A stretch of DNA of 60,741 nt from a virus (taxonomy: Duplodnaviria; Caudoviricetes): IMG/VR virus record IMGVR_UViG_3300031576_000045, positions 1 through 60,741 of that record; one strand, written 5' to 3'. The position numbers and the translations under genes were made by a program. The stretch's first letter is position 1, and each line of letters starts with the position of its first letter. The notes below the pieces were generated by a model. The model ran no database searches. It was not told the origin of the DNA and saw nothing but the letters and a program-made list of their open reading frames with translations. Below are positions 45,308 to 54,701 of this stretch, in pieces.

Positions 45308-45739
45308 ATGGGTCTGAAGAAGAACGAGCTACACGATCTCTTCGAGCAGGTGCCGTCCCCTCTTGAGGTCAAGAATTTCTGCGCCGTCGACGGCGCGGCG
45401 TGCGTAGCGGTCCCCATGGGGGCGCTGCAGCGGCTCAACGCGTGGCTCGTCGCCGTGCGCGCGGTGCGCGTCTCCGGCCCGGTCGAGTTCCAGCTCGGGT
45501 TCAAGTGGTCCGCGGTCACCGCCGACGGAGTGCTCGGCGTCATGGTCGAGATCGGCCGCGTGCCGAAGGACGGAAAAGAGCCGGTCGGCGACACGTGGAG
45601 CGGCGTCTACTGCGACCCGAAGCGCTTCATCGAGCTGATCGGCGCGGCGATCAAAGAGTCGGAGGTCGTCTGGCCGGGCACGTTCACCATGAAGAAGGCC
45701 CCGTCGGTGTCAGACCCCGATGGTAGCAAGGTGCACTGA
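45308..45739 (+). CDS. hypothetical protein
   Basis: Preceded by GGGAGAACGACG. Confidence 0.8.
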   Translation: MGLKKNELHDLFEQVPSPLEVKNFCAVDGAACVAVPMGALQRLNAWLVAVRAVRVSGPVEFQLGFKWSAVTADGVLGVMVEIGRVPKDGKEPVGDTWSGVYCDPKRFIELIGAAIKESEVVWPGTFTMKKAPSVSDPDGSKVH

Positions 45740-45945
45740 TGGGCAGCCGCGAACGCGACGCAGCGCGCGACACCGCGCGCCGGATCTTCGACGACATGGA
45801 GCCGTCGACCAGGGCGGCGTTCCTCGATGAGCTGGTGTGGGGCTCGTTCGACTGGCGCGACTTCTTCGACGACAAGCCGTCGCCCGGCGTCGTGTCCGCG
45901 CTCGGAGACCTGATCGAGAGCTGGGAGGCGGTGGGCGCATGCTGA
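45739..45945 (+). CDS. hypothetical protein
   Basis: TGATG coupling. Confidence 0.65.
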   Translation: MGSRERDAARDTARRIFDDMEPSTRAAFLDELVWGSFDWRDFFDDKPSPGVVSALGDLIESWEAVGAC

Positions 45946-47096
45946 CCGACGAACAGAAGAAGCTCCGCACCACTGCGTTCGGTGCCTCAGAGGCGCCGAC
46001 CCTCGTGGGTGTCGGGCCGGGGAAGCTGGTCGAACTCTGGCAGGCCAAGATGGATCCGACGGCCGATCCGTTCGCCGACTGCGACCAGAACGACCTCGTG
46101 GAACTCGGCCAGGAGTACGAAGACCCCGTGTGCCACATCTACGCGAGGCGGACCGGCACCTTTCTCGCCCGTGTCGATACCCTTCGGCACCCGACTAAGC
46201 CGCTCGCGGTCGCCACGCCAGATCGCGCACGCTTCACGAGCGAGGAGGCGTTGCGCGCCGTCGCTGCGAATGGGCCGATCTCGTCCGTCGAAGCACTCGA
46301 GGCGGCGGATCGCCTGGTCGAAGCGAAGACGACGGGCAACCGCTACCGGCACGAGTACGGCCGGGCCGGTTCCGGCGTCGTACCCGAAGAGAAGTGCTTG
46401 CAGTGCGTGTGGCAGATGGGCGTAACGGGCCTGCGCGTCGTCGACTTGCCGGTGCTCTTCATGGGCGAGTGGGGGCGGCGCATCGAAGTGTTCACCGTGA
46501 TGTGGAACGAGGACCTGTTCAACTGGCTATACGAGGCCGCTGAGCGCTTCTGGACTGACCACGTCGTCACCAGGAAACCGCCACCTCCCGACGGCACCGA
46601 TCGGTACGACGAGGCGCTCGCGCGCATGTTCCCAGCCGACCGCAAGCCTCCAGCGGTGGCCGACGAAGTCGACGAGCAGCTGATGCTCGACTACGCGAAG
46701 TTCCGCGAGGTCGAGCGACGCGCGGAGCTGCTCAAGAAGAAGCTCGGCCAGCGGCTCAAGGCGCGCATCGGCGAGGCCGGCGGGCTGGTGAGCCCGACGC
46801 TCGGAAAGCTCAGCTGGACTCGGTCGAAGGACAGCACCGAGGTCGACTGGGAGAAAGCCGCGCAGGAGGCGCTGCTGCTGGCGGGCCAATGCCTCAACGC
46901 CTTCGATCACCTGCGCGACGTCGGAGAGCACCTGTCGTCAGAGAACCGCGCGCAGCTCGAGGCGCGGCTGAAGGCGATCGTCCCCGGCTCGACGAAGACG
47001 AGGTCCGGCTACCGCTCGCTCCGGCTCTACCCGAAGGGACCCGCCGCGCTGGAGCTGGCACGGCTCAACGTAGCGCTCGACGCACTGGGCGAGTGA
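45939..47096 (+). CDS. YqaJ/lambda-exonuclease family protein
   Basis: FGASE, GQEYE, ATPD, VEAKT, QCVWQMGV, FWTDHV..PPP. Confidence 0.9.
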   Translation: MLTDEQKKLRTTAFGASEAPTLVGVGPGKLVELWQAKMDPTADPFADCDQNDLVELGQEYEDPVCHIYARRTGTFLARVDTLRHPTKPLAVATPDRARFTSEEALRAVAANGPISSVEALEAADRLVEAKTTGNRYRHEYGRAGSGVVPEEKCLQCVWQMGVTGLRVVDLPVLFMGEWGRRIEVFTVMWNEDLFNWLYEAAERFWTDHVVTRKPPPPDGTDRYDEALARMFPADRKPPAVADEVDEQLMLDYAKFREVERRAELLKKKLGQRLKARIGEAGGLVSPTLGKLSWTRSKDSTEVDWEKAAQEALLLAGQCLNAFDHLRDVGEHLSSENRAQLEARLKAIVPGSTKTRSGYRSLRLYPKGPAALELARLNVALDALGE

Positions 47097-47125
47097 AGTT
47101 CAACCGCAGCACCAAGGAGAAGAAC

Positions 47126-48562
47126 ATGGGCAACGAGAAGACCGAAGAGAAGACCGAGCTGGGACCGGAGCTGACCGCGATCACCGGGACACGCACACCG
47201 CTAGCGAAGGTGGTGCCGATCGACGAGTCGCGCGTCGACCTGTTCAACCCGCGGAAGTGGGGGCGCGAAGACATCGAGGTGATCAAGAAGACCGTCTGCC
47301 CGGCCGGCATCCCCGACGCCGACTTCAAGCTCTTCATCATGAAGTGCCAGGCCAGCGGGATGAACCCGCTGCTCGGCGAGGCCTTCTGTATCAAGCGCAA
47401 CCAGAACATCGGCACCAAGGACAACCCGAAGTGGATCGAGGTCTTCCAGTTCACGCCCGGCGAGCAGGGCATGGAGGGCCGCGCCGACGACTTCCCCGAC
47501 TTCCGCGGGCTGCGCGCGGCTGCGGTCTACGAGAACGACAAGATCCTGATCGACAGCAGCGCGGGCGAGGTCAGCCACCAGTGGAACCCGGTCGACAAGA
47601 ACCGCGGCCGGCTGGTCGGCGCCTGGGCCCTCGCCTACCGCGAGGGCCGCAAGACGCCGGCCGAGTACGTGCGCCTGGAGGAGTACTTCGACATGCGCAA
47701 CCCGAAGTGGACCTCGTCGCCGGCAACGATGCTCGTCAAATGCGCCCGCGCCGCTGCGCTGCGCCGCGCCTACCCGAACACGTTCGACGGCGTCTTCGTG
47801 CGCGAGGAGATCCGCGACGACGTCGTCGACGGCGAGCTGACCGCGTCGCAGGCGGCAGACGTGAACCGGGACACGACCGACCGGCTGGCCGACCGCATGA
47901 AGCAGACGGCGAAGAAGCAGGACGAGCTCAAGACCGGCGACGCTTCCCGGGCGGGGGCGGTAAGCGTCCCGACGCAGGCATCGAAGGCGACGATCGACGT
48001 CGTCCCGACCGCGCCGCCGAAGGAGGAGAAGCCGCCGCAGCACATTCGAGTCGTCCGCGCGCGCTCCGAGCACGACCGTCTCGTCGAGGAGAAGGCGCTC
48101 GCCGCGAAGCTCGATGCGCTGGGCATCGGCTACGACGGCGAGCGACTCGCGAAGGACGACGCCTACTTCGCTGCGCTCACGGAGGAGGCAGACAAGCAGG
48201 CGAAGCGCGCGGCCGGGGCGGTGAGCGGCGGAACGATGGACCGCGCCGCCGCGGCCGGGCCGGCGCCGGTCGAGGAGAAGCTGCCGCACCAGGTCGCCGA
48301 CGAGAAGAAAGCGGCCGACGGACCGCTGATGGTCTTCGGGCCGGCCGACGTGAAGGGCAAGCCGATCAAGTCGCTCGACGGGCCGAAGCTGCTTGAGATG
48401 ATCGGCTACGGCGAGGAGAAGATCTCCCAGCTCGACGAGGCGAAGGCGAAGAAGGTCCGCGCGTGCATCGACCTCATGAAGAAGGAGATGGAGGCGCGTG
48501 ACAAGGCGCTGACCGAAGACGCGACCCCGCCCGAGCCGGGCAGCGACTTCGACGTCGACTGA
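47126..48562 (+). CDS. bet: Bet/RecT-like ssDNA annealing protein with long C-terminal extension
   Basis: FKLFIMKCQASGMNPL..LVGAWA..WTSSPATMLVKCARAAALRRAYP. Confidence 0.88.
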   Translation: MGNEKTEEKTELGPELTAITGTRTPLAKVVPIDESRVDLFNPRKWGREDIEVIKKTVCPAGIPDADFKLFIMKCQASGMNPLLGEAFCIKRNQNIGTKDNPKWIEVFQFTPGEQGMEGRADDFPDFRGLRAAAVYENDKILIDSSAGEVSHQWNPVDKNRGRLVGAWALAYREGRKTPAEYVRLEEYFDMRNPKWTSSPATMLVKCARAAALRRAYPNTFDGVFVREEIRDDVVDGELTASQAADVNRDTTDRLADRMKQTAKKQDELKTGDASRAGAVSVPTQASKATIDVVPTAPPKEEKPPQHIRVVRARSEHDRLVEEKALAAKLDALGIGYDGERLAKDDAYFAALTEEADKQAKRAAGAVSGGTMDRAAAAGPAPVEEKLPHQVADEKKAADGPLMVFGPADVKGKPIKSLDGPKLLEMIGYGEEKISQLDEAKAKKVRACIDLMKKEMEARDKALTEDATPPEPGSDFDVD

Positions 48563-48599
48563 AGGACAACGCGCGGCCCACCTGGGAATCGGTGGGTGA

Positions 48600-48652
48600 T
48601 GACGGAGCAGGTGCGGCGCTGCAGCGCCCCGGGTTCGACACCCGGTTCGTCA
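48600..48652 (+). ncRNA. tRNA-like (D-armless) structure
   Basis: TGACGGA/TTCGTCA 7-bp stem enclosing GGCGC-TGCA-GCGCC and CCGGG-TTCGACA-CCCGG. Confidence 0.4.
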
Positions 48653-48687
48653 CTGGCAGTTCACAACGCAGCACCGGGAGAACGACG

Positions 48688-48939
48688 ATGACGAACGAGA
48701 AGATCAAACCCAGGCGACGGTTCCATGTGGCGATCGTCGTCGATGGCGACACGTGGGAGGACGTCGCGCAGTCGCTCCGAGAGCTGCTGCCGCACGTCGA
48801 GGAGCACGGCCCGAAGTGCGACTCGGTGAGCGGCGGGTACTCGCGAGGGCACTTCGTGCACGTCGTCGAGGATCCGGAGATGACCAATGAGAAGTACCAA
48901 GCCGCGCTCGACGCGTACCTGGCGGAGGTGCGGTCGTGA
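48688..48939 (+). CDS. hypothetical protein
   Basis: Preceded by GGGAGAACGACG. Confidence 0.8.
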   Translation: MTNEKIKPRRRFHVAIVVDGDTWEDVAQSLRELLPHVEEHGPKCDSVSGGYSRGHFVHVVEDPEMTNEKYQAALDAYLAEVRS

Positions 48940-50228
48940 AGATCACCAAGCTCGTCGCAGAGAACGTGAAGCGCCTGCACCGTGTGGAGATCGAGCCGTC
49001 GGGCGAGCTGGTGATCGTCCGCGGCGAGAACGGGGCCGGGAAGTCGTCGATCCTCGACGCGATCAAGTACGCGATGGCGGGCAAGTCGTCGCACCCGCCG
49101 AAGGTGATCCGCGAGGGCGAGCGCCAGGCGGTGATCGAGCTGACGACCGAAGACTTCGTCGTCACGCGCCGGTGGGTCGCCGGCGCCGAGGCGACGACGA
49201 CCGAGGTCGAGGTCCGCGCCACCGACGGGACGAAGCTCCCGTCGCCGCAGAAGGTTCTCGACAAGCTGTTCGACGAGCTGGCGTTCGACGCGCTCGAGTT
49301 CGCGACGATGAAACCTGGCGAGCAGCTGGAGCTGCTGAAGAAGCTCGTCGGCGTCGACACGACGATCCTCGACCGGGAGCGAGACAAGACGTTCGCCGCG
49401 CGGACGATGGTGAAGCGAGACCTCGACGCGGTCGAAGCTCGGCTCAAGGCGATGCCGACCGACAAGCCGCCACCGGCCGTCGACGTCGGCGCGCTGCAGG
49501 TCGAGCAGCGCAAGGCGCGCGACCTGTTGTCCGAGGCGAAGGAGGCGCGCGAGAACGAGCTGGCCGCGACCGCGCGGCGCGTCGAGGACAGACGGGGCGA
49601 GGTCCGCACCGCTGAGCTGGCGCTTGAGCAGGCGAAGGCGCGGCTCCAGGAGTCGATCAAGGCCGCCGCCGCGGCCGACAACCGGGCGGACGACGCCGAA
49701 GAGAAGGCCCAGGGCGCGGTCGAGCGCGTGGCCGAGCTCGACAAGCAGATCGCCGCGGCGTCGGCGAGCGCCACGGCGAACGCGAAGTGGGCCGAGCGCA
49801 CCCGCCTCTCGGCAGAGGTCGAGATGCTGTCGAAGGATCACGCGTCGAAGACTAAGGCGATCGACGCGATCGACGAGCAGAAGACCGCGATGATCGCCGC
49901 CGCGAAGTTCCCGATCGACGGTCTCGGGTTCGGAGAGGACGGCGTCGTCTACCGGGGGCCGAACTCCCAGACCGCGCTGCCGTTCGAGCAGGCGTCCCAG
50001 GCCGAGCAGCTGCGCGTCTCCGTCGCGATCGGCGCCGCGCGGAAGCCGAAGTTCCGCGTGATGACCGTCCGAGAGGGCTCTCGACTCGACCGGAAGGGGC
50101 TCAAGCTGCTCGGAGAGCTGGCGAAGGAGCGCGACATTCAGGTCTGGCTCGAGGCGGTCGGAGAGGATGGGCCCGCGGCGGTCGTGATCGTCGACGGCGT
50201 CGTCGCGCGGCGCGAGGTGGCGGCATGA
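48936..50228 (+). CDS. SMC/Rad50-like ATPase (AAA_23-type)
   Basis: GENGAGKSSILDAI, central coiled coil, degenerate C-terminal signature/Walker B. Confidence 0.88.
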   Translation: MKITKLVAENVKRLHRVEIEPSGELVIVRGENGAGKSSILDAIKYAMAGKSSHPPKVIREGERQAVIELTTEDFVVTRRWVAGAEATTTEVEVRATDGTKLPSPQKVLDKLFDELAFDALEFATMKPGEQLELLKKLVGVDTTILDRERDKTFAARTMVKRDLDAVEARLKAMPTDKPPPAVDVGALQVEQRKARDLLSEAKEARENELAATARRVEDRRGEVRTAELALEQAKARLQESIKAAAAADNRADDAEEKAQGAVERVAELDKQIAAASASATANAKWAERTRLSAEVEMLSKDHASKTKAIDAIDEQKTAMIAAAKFPIDGLGFGEDGVVYRGPNSQTALPFEQASQAEQLRVSVAIGAARKPKFRVMTVREGSRLDRKGLKLLGELAKERDIQVWLEAVGEDGPAAVVIVDGVVARREVAA

Positions 50229-50542
50229 ACCACACGATCGGCAGAGGCGATCCTCAGCTCGACGTCGCGCGCGCGTTCCTCGACGGCAAGCGGAAGCGCG
50301 CCAGTCGCATGAGCACCGACGGCGACTCGGTGTGGAGCTGGCACACGCTGGTCGCGGTTCGTCACCGCGGGCGCATCTACGCCGTGCTCCCGCCGTCGCT
50401 GGGCGGATGGACCTTCAGCGGGTCGACGAGCCGACACCTCGGGTCGCTGCACGCGGTGCTGAAGCGTCGTCGTGCCGTGGTCTGGAAGAAGCACCCGCGC
50501 GACCTGCCCGGCGCGCCGAACGACTGGAGGACGATCCGATGA
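50225..50542 (+). CDS. hypothetical protein
   Basis: TDGDSVWSWHT..SGSTSRH. Confidence 0.7.
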   Translation: MNHTIGRGDPQLDVARAFLDGKRKRASRMSTDGDSVWSWHTLVAVRHRGRIYAVLPPSLGGWTFSGSTSRHLGSLHAVLKRRRAVVWKKHPRDLPGAPNDWRTIR

Positions 50543-50910
50543 GCCGACTCTACATGCCGCACCCTGGTCATTTCGTCGGCGCTAGAACCTGCGAGTTCCG
50601 GCTCTGTACGCACGTCATCGGCACCTCGAGCCCGATCGCGCCGCACGGCTTCATCGTCTCGACCGTCGGGGAGTGGCGGTCTCGACCGGACGTGAACGGA
50701 CTGGGACAGATCCAGGAGCTTGGCGTGGGCACCAAGGACAAGCCGGCGCTGTACGAGACCATGGTGTTCGTCGCGCGGCCGTCGAAGCGTCTCTGCTGCC
50801 CGTTCGAGGCCACCGGCGACGAGCTGGAGACCGTGCGCTACTCGACGGCCGAGGCCGCGGTCGCCGGCCATGAAGAGCTGTGCACGCGGTTCGAAAAGGA
50901 AGGAGCATGA
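50539..50910 (+). CDS. hypothetical protein
   Basis: IVSTVG..LYETMVF..RYST..A.AGH. Confidence 0.75.
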   Translation: MSRLYMPHPGHFVGARTCEFRLCTHVIGTSSPIAPHGFIVSTVGEWRSRPDVNGLGQIQELGVGTKDKPALYETMVFVARPSKRLCCPFEATGDELETVRYSTAEAAVAGHEELCTRFEKEGA

Positions 50911-52064
50911 GACCGGCCGACGTCCAGAAGTACCTCGAAGACCTTTCCGAGTCCGACATGAAGAACGAGATCGTCCGCCGCGGGTACGCCGTCGCGTGGC
51001 GTCGGTGCGACGGCTACGAGCTCGGGATGCTGCCGGGCGTCTTGTTCTGCCGGAAGGACGGGGCCCGCATCGTCCACGAGACGATCCGCGACCTGACCGC
51101 GGAGAGAACCGGCGCATGTGCCGAGGCGCAGAGAGAGCGCGACCTGGCGCGGGCAGAGGCGAAGGAGGCGAATACGCACGCGTCGATCGCCGAGAAGAAC
51201 CAGGCAGAAGCCCAACTGAAGCTGGAGAACCTGGCCGAACGCTTCCGCGCGCTGGAGACGGAGAACAACGAACGTCGCCGGCAGCTAGCCGCGGTGCGAA
51301 CCGATCGCGACAACGTTCACGTCTGGACGGCGGACGACAAGGGGGAAGACGCGAAGTCGCTGGTGTGTCCGGTCGTGATGACGGCCGACACGCTGCGGAA
51401 GCTCTTGGAGCCGTGCAACACGTGTGAGGGCGACGGATTCATCGAGGTCGGGATCGGCGCGACGAACGCCGACGGAGAACCGGAGGGCTACCGAGCCGAG
51501 CCGTGCCCGGAGTGCGACCTGGTGACGAAGCTGAGAAATCAGCTCGTGTTGTCCAAGGCTGAGGCGGTAGTCGGCGGATCTCTTCTTCTCGACGTGCAGC
51601 AAGACTGCATCAACGCAACGAAGGCCCTAAATGCGGTGACGGAGCAGCGAAACTCGCTGAACGCGCGCGTGATCGAGTTCGAAGAGAACTACGCGAGACA
51701 GGCCCCATTCATCCGCGGTGCGGTGCGCGACCGCGACAACGCGAACAAGGCACTCGCGGAAATGACGTCGGCCCGCGATGGGCTCCGCGCTGAGGTCGGA
51801 CGACTCGAAGAACGCTTGGACGATCTCGCGAAGGAGGTCGACGCGGCCTGCCGAGCGAACGACGCGCTGAAGCAAACGCTCGACGTTCTCGGGTGCAAGC
51901 AGCTGCCTGGCGGATCGTGGGTGAACGACCTAGCACTGGACAGAGAGGCCGACCTGCATGCGCTGCGCTGCGCCGTGCGGAAGGTCCACGCGTGGCGCGA
52001 GACCGGCGCGATGGTGGAGCTCGACGCGACCGAGCAGGCGGCATGGGACGCGGCCACCCACTAG
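50907..52064 (+). CDS. coiled-coil protein with DnaJ-like Zn insert
   Basis: Heptad pattern; CNTCEGDG..CPEC. Confidence 0.75.
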   Translation: MRPADVQKYLEDLSESDMKNEIVRRGYAVAWRRCDGYELGMLPGVLFCRKDGARIVHETIRDLTAERTGACAEAQRERDLARAEAKEANTHASIAEKNQAEAQLKLENLAERFRALETENNERRRQLAAVRTDRDNVHVWTADDKGEDAKSLVCPVVMTADTLRKLLEPCNTCEGDGFIEVGIGATNADGEPEGYRAEPCPECDLVTKLRNQLVLSKAEAVVGGSLLLDVQQDCINATKALNAVTEQRNSLNARVIEFEENYARQAPFIRGAVRDRDNANKALAEMTSARDGLRAEVGRLEERLDDLAKEVDAACRANDALKQTLDVLGCKQLPGGSWVNDLALDREADLHALRCAVRKVHAWRETGAMVELDATEQAAWDAATH

Positions 52065-52205
52065 TGAAGCTGCTGCAGTGGTGCCGCGAGAACGTGGCCG
52101 ACGGCCGCGTCTCGCTGTGCCGGGTCGAGGGGCAGCCGATCTGCCCTCGCCCGTGCGGCGAGTGCCTGGCCGTCGAACGCCGGGCACTCGCCGCGGAGAA
52201 AGCTC

Positions 52206-52412
52206 TCAAGCCTCGAGAGCGGCCTGACACGCCTGGCGCCACCACTCCGACGTCTTGACGCCGGCCTTCTTTGCCGCGCGCTCGACGTCGTCGCGCATGC
52301 GCTTCGACATTCGGAACGTGATCATCACGGCCGCGTCGTCTCCTCCGACCGGTGCGACGCCGCCGTCAGCGGCCGACGTCCGGCCGCGGGTCTCTTCCTT
52401 CTTCTTCGCCAT
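52206..52412 (-). CDS. ribbon-helix-helix DNA-binding protein
   Basis: MITFRMSKRMRDDVERAAKKAGVKTSEWWR. Confidence 0.75.
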   Translation of the reverse strand: MAKKKEETRGRTSAADGGVAPVGGDDAAVMITFRMSKRMRDDVERAAKKAGVKTSEWWRQACQAALEA

Positions 52413-52575
52413 GTTCTTCCTCCTTTCTCGGCCCGGCGCACCGCGCGACGTGCCGCTCGTACTGGACCGCGAACGCGTTCTGCAGCGACTTGAAGCTGAG
52501 GTTCCCGCGCATCCGGGTCTGCGCCCGGCCGCACTTCGGGCACGTCTTCGAGACGGCGATCGGCGCGGTGCTCAT
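52366..52575 (-). CDS. small Zn-finger protein
   Basis: CPKCG..HVARC. Confidence 0.55.
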   Translation of the reverse strand: MSTAPIAVSKTCPKCGRAQTRMRGNLSFKSLQNAFAVQYERHVARCAGPRKEEEHGEEEGRDPRPDVGR

Positions 52576-52850
52576 CGCGCCCTCGCTCTCTTGATCGCCG
52601 CGCGCGCGGTAGCGACCGCGGTCGAGCTGCCTGAGTCGGCGTGCAGAACCTTCACGAGTGCTTCGCACGAGGTGAGCAGCGCGTCAGCCTCTTCAGCGAA
52701 CGCCAGCAGCGCGCACGACGTGCAGACGATGGTGCCAGACTCTCCCGGCGCGGGATCGTCGCAGTAGCAGTCCCCGGCATAGTCGCGCATCGCCTCGCCG
52801 AGAGACGTCCCGCGCGCACGGAATGGCTCGTTGAACTTTCTCGGCTTCAC
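52572..52850 (-). CDS. hypothetical protein
   Basis: C-terminal ARAAIKRARA. Confidence 0.6.
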   Translation of the reverse strand: MKPRKFNEPFRARGTSLGEAMRDYAGDCYCDDPAPGESGTIVCTSCALLAFAEEADALLTSCEALVKVLHADSGSSTAVATARAAIKRARAR

Positions 52851-52872
52851 CGCGGCGTCTCTCTCGGCATGG

Positions 52873-53148
52873 TCAGTCCTCCTTCTTCGGGTTCGCTTCG
52901 GGGTTTGAGTCGTCGTCGTCCGGCGCGGCGCACGGGCCCGGCGCAGCCTTCAGCACCAGGTGCGCGTTCGTCACGTGCAGCCGGCGCTCGCTCTGCGCGG
53001 GCGGCAGCTCGACGACGATCACCGTCTCGTACGTGCCGAACGCGGTCACGTTGCGGAGCGTGTCGACGACCTCGTAGAGCGTGCCGAGCTTGAGACCCTG
53101 CAGGTTGATGAGCGACTCCACCCGGTCGCCGGGGTTGAACGTGGGCAT
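52873..53148 (-). CDS. small SH3-like protein
   Basis: MPTFNPGDRV; GGGAGAGG RBS. Confidence 0.6.
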   Translation of the reverse strand: MPTFNPGDRVESLINLQGLKLGTLYEVVDTLRNVTAFGTYETVIVVELPPAQSERRLHVTNAHLVLKAAPGPCAAPDDDDSNPEANPKKED

Positions 53149-53150
53149 GG

Positions 53151-53498
53151 TCAGACCTCTCCCTTCACCGATGAGAACTGAAACCGGTCGCGCGAGAACC
53201 ACGCGACGATGCGAGACGCGACGATCGGCACGTCGGCCGGTTCGTCGACGACGACCTTCACGAACGCCCGGAACTCGCCACCGACCGCGCCCGGGTCGCA
53301 CCCGGCCACGGTCGTCTCGATCCGCTCTCCTTCGCGGCCGAGGGTGAACGCGATCCGCGCGAGCGCGTCGGCGACGATGCCCGACGAGTCGCCGCAGATC
53401 AGGACCTGCACCGCCTCGTCGCGCCAGTGGCGCACGAAGAGCCGCGCCTTGGGGTCCGGCGCCGTCTTGGCCAATTCCTTCTTCGAGATCTGCTTCAT
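53151..53498 (-). CDS. hypothetical protein
   Basis: Codon bias, ATGA overlap. Confidence 0.65.
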   Translation of the reverse strand: MKQISKKELAKTAPDPKARLFVRHWRDEAVQVLICGDSSGIVADALARIAFTLGREGERIETTVAGCDPGAVGGEFRAFVKVVVDEPADVPIVASRIVAWFSRDRFQFSSVKGEV

Positions 53499-53989
53499 CG
53501 CGACCCCCACGCGTCGAGCATCACGCCGTTGTCGGACACCGAAGTGATCCACAATTCGGGATGAAGCGAGCGAACCTCGGCGACCGACTTAAAGCGTAGC
53601 GCCAATCCCCGTTCCTGCTTCGTCGGGTCCATCAACCACACCTCACCGGCCCAGTCACCGGCGACGGGCTTCATCAGCACTGGACCAAAGAAGCTGCGGC
53701 GCCCAGTCCGCGCGGCTTCGGAGATGGCGCGCTCCTCGGAGAGAAGGGCAGAGAGCGTCTTCAGACGGGCGGTCAGCGCGTCGATCTCGTTCTGCTTAGC
53801 GGCGAGAACGAACTCGTGTGTGGCGGTCTCCTGAGACTGGTCGGCGATACGGTTCGCGAGTTGCACGGCGGCATCGTTCTCGGCCGAACTAGCGGGGGTG
53901 ATCAACACCTCGATGCCCTCGACAGGGCGCAGACCGAGCGCGCGAGCTCCACTGGCGCGCGCACCGAACACCGTGATCTCGGGCTTCAT
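53495..53989 (-). CDS. hypothetical protein (atypical codon usage)
   Basis: GGAGGT RBS; lower GC. Confidence 0.65.
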   Translation of the reverse strand: MKPEITVFGARASGARALGLRPVEGIEVLITPASSAENDAAVQLANRIADQSQETATHEFVLAAKQNEIDALTARLKTLSALLSEERAISEAARTGRRSFFGPVLMKPVAGDWAGEVWLMDPTKQERGLALRFKSVAEVRSLHPELWITSVSDNGVMLDAWGSR

Positions 53990-54540
53990 GACGCACCTCC
54001 GACGGCGACCGCGACGAGCGCGGTGATCTGGAACAGCACGCCGTCGGGACCGCGCGCGACGCCGCCCGCGAAGTGCCGGCGCAGAACCGCCCACAGCGCG
54101 TTCTTCGCGTCGCGCGTCGCGGGGATCAGCCACTGCTTCTTCGCGGCGTCCCACCGACGGCCGGCGACGGAGTCCTTCAGGTCCGACACGAACGACATGT
54201 CGAACGGCGTCACGACCGACAGCAGGTCGCCGGCCGGGGCGATCTCCGCGACGACGAACCGGGACTCGAGCTTGTCGGCGGTGACGTCGGCGCCGAGCGC
54301 GCGGATCATCACCAGCTCCGCGGCGATCTCCGCGCCCGTCAGGGTCGCGGTCGCCAGCCGGTGCACGCGGGCGTTGACGTCGGCGCGCGCCTCCGGCGTC
54401 AGGGTCTCCGGCGCGCCGTACATGCCGCGGCAGTCGGGGCCCATGCCCGCCTCGATCGACTGCGCGTCGACGAGGGGACGGCCGCACGCGACGCAGTGGG
54501 TCGCGACGAGCTTGGTAGCGGGGGCGTTCTCGTAGCTCAT
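53986..54540 (-). CDS. DUF6011 Zn-ribbon protein with HARP-like C-terminus
   Basis: CVACGRPLVDAQSIEAGMGPDC; GRRWDAAKKQW. Confidence 0.75.
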   Translation of the reverse strand: MSYENAPATKLVATHCVACGRPLVDAQSIEAGMGPDCRGMYGAPETLTPEARADVNARVHRLATATLTGAEIAAELVMIRALGADVTADKLESRFVVAEIAPAGDLLSVVTPFDMSFVSDLKDSVAGRRWDAAKKQWLIPATRDAKNALWAVLRRHFAGGVARGPDGVLFQITALVAVAVGGAS

Positions 54541-54701
54541 GATTTCACCTCGACGACTTCGGCGAGGCGGAACACGTTGGACGGGTAGACCTCGCGCATG
54601 GCGGCGATCGCCTTCTCCGCGGAGTCGGCCTTGCGCGTGACCGGGAAGTACCAACCGCCGTCACCGATGATCTCGTACAGCTTGATACGGAACGTCTTCA
54701 T
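54537..54701 (-). CDS. small protein, first gene of leftward early operon
   Basis: AAGGAG RBS. Confidence 0.7.
   Translation of the reverse strand: MKTFRIKLYEIIGDGGWYFPVTRKADSAEKAIAAMREVYPSNVFRLAEVVEVKS

Noticed and set aside
48595-48660. Canonical tRNA-Cys(GCA)
   Set aside because: No D-arm, anticodon loop not 7 nt on a 5-bp stem, no CCA; kept only as tRNA-like
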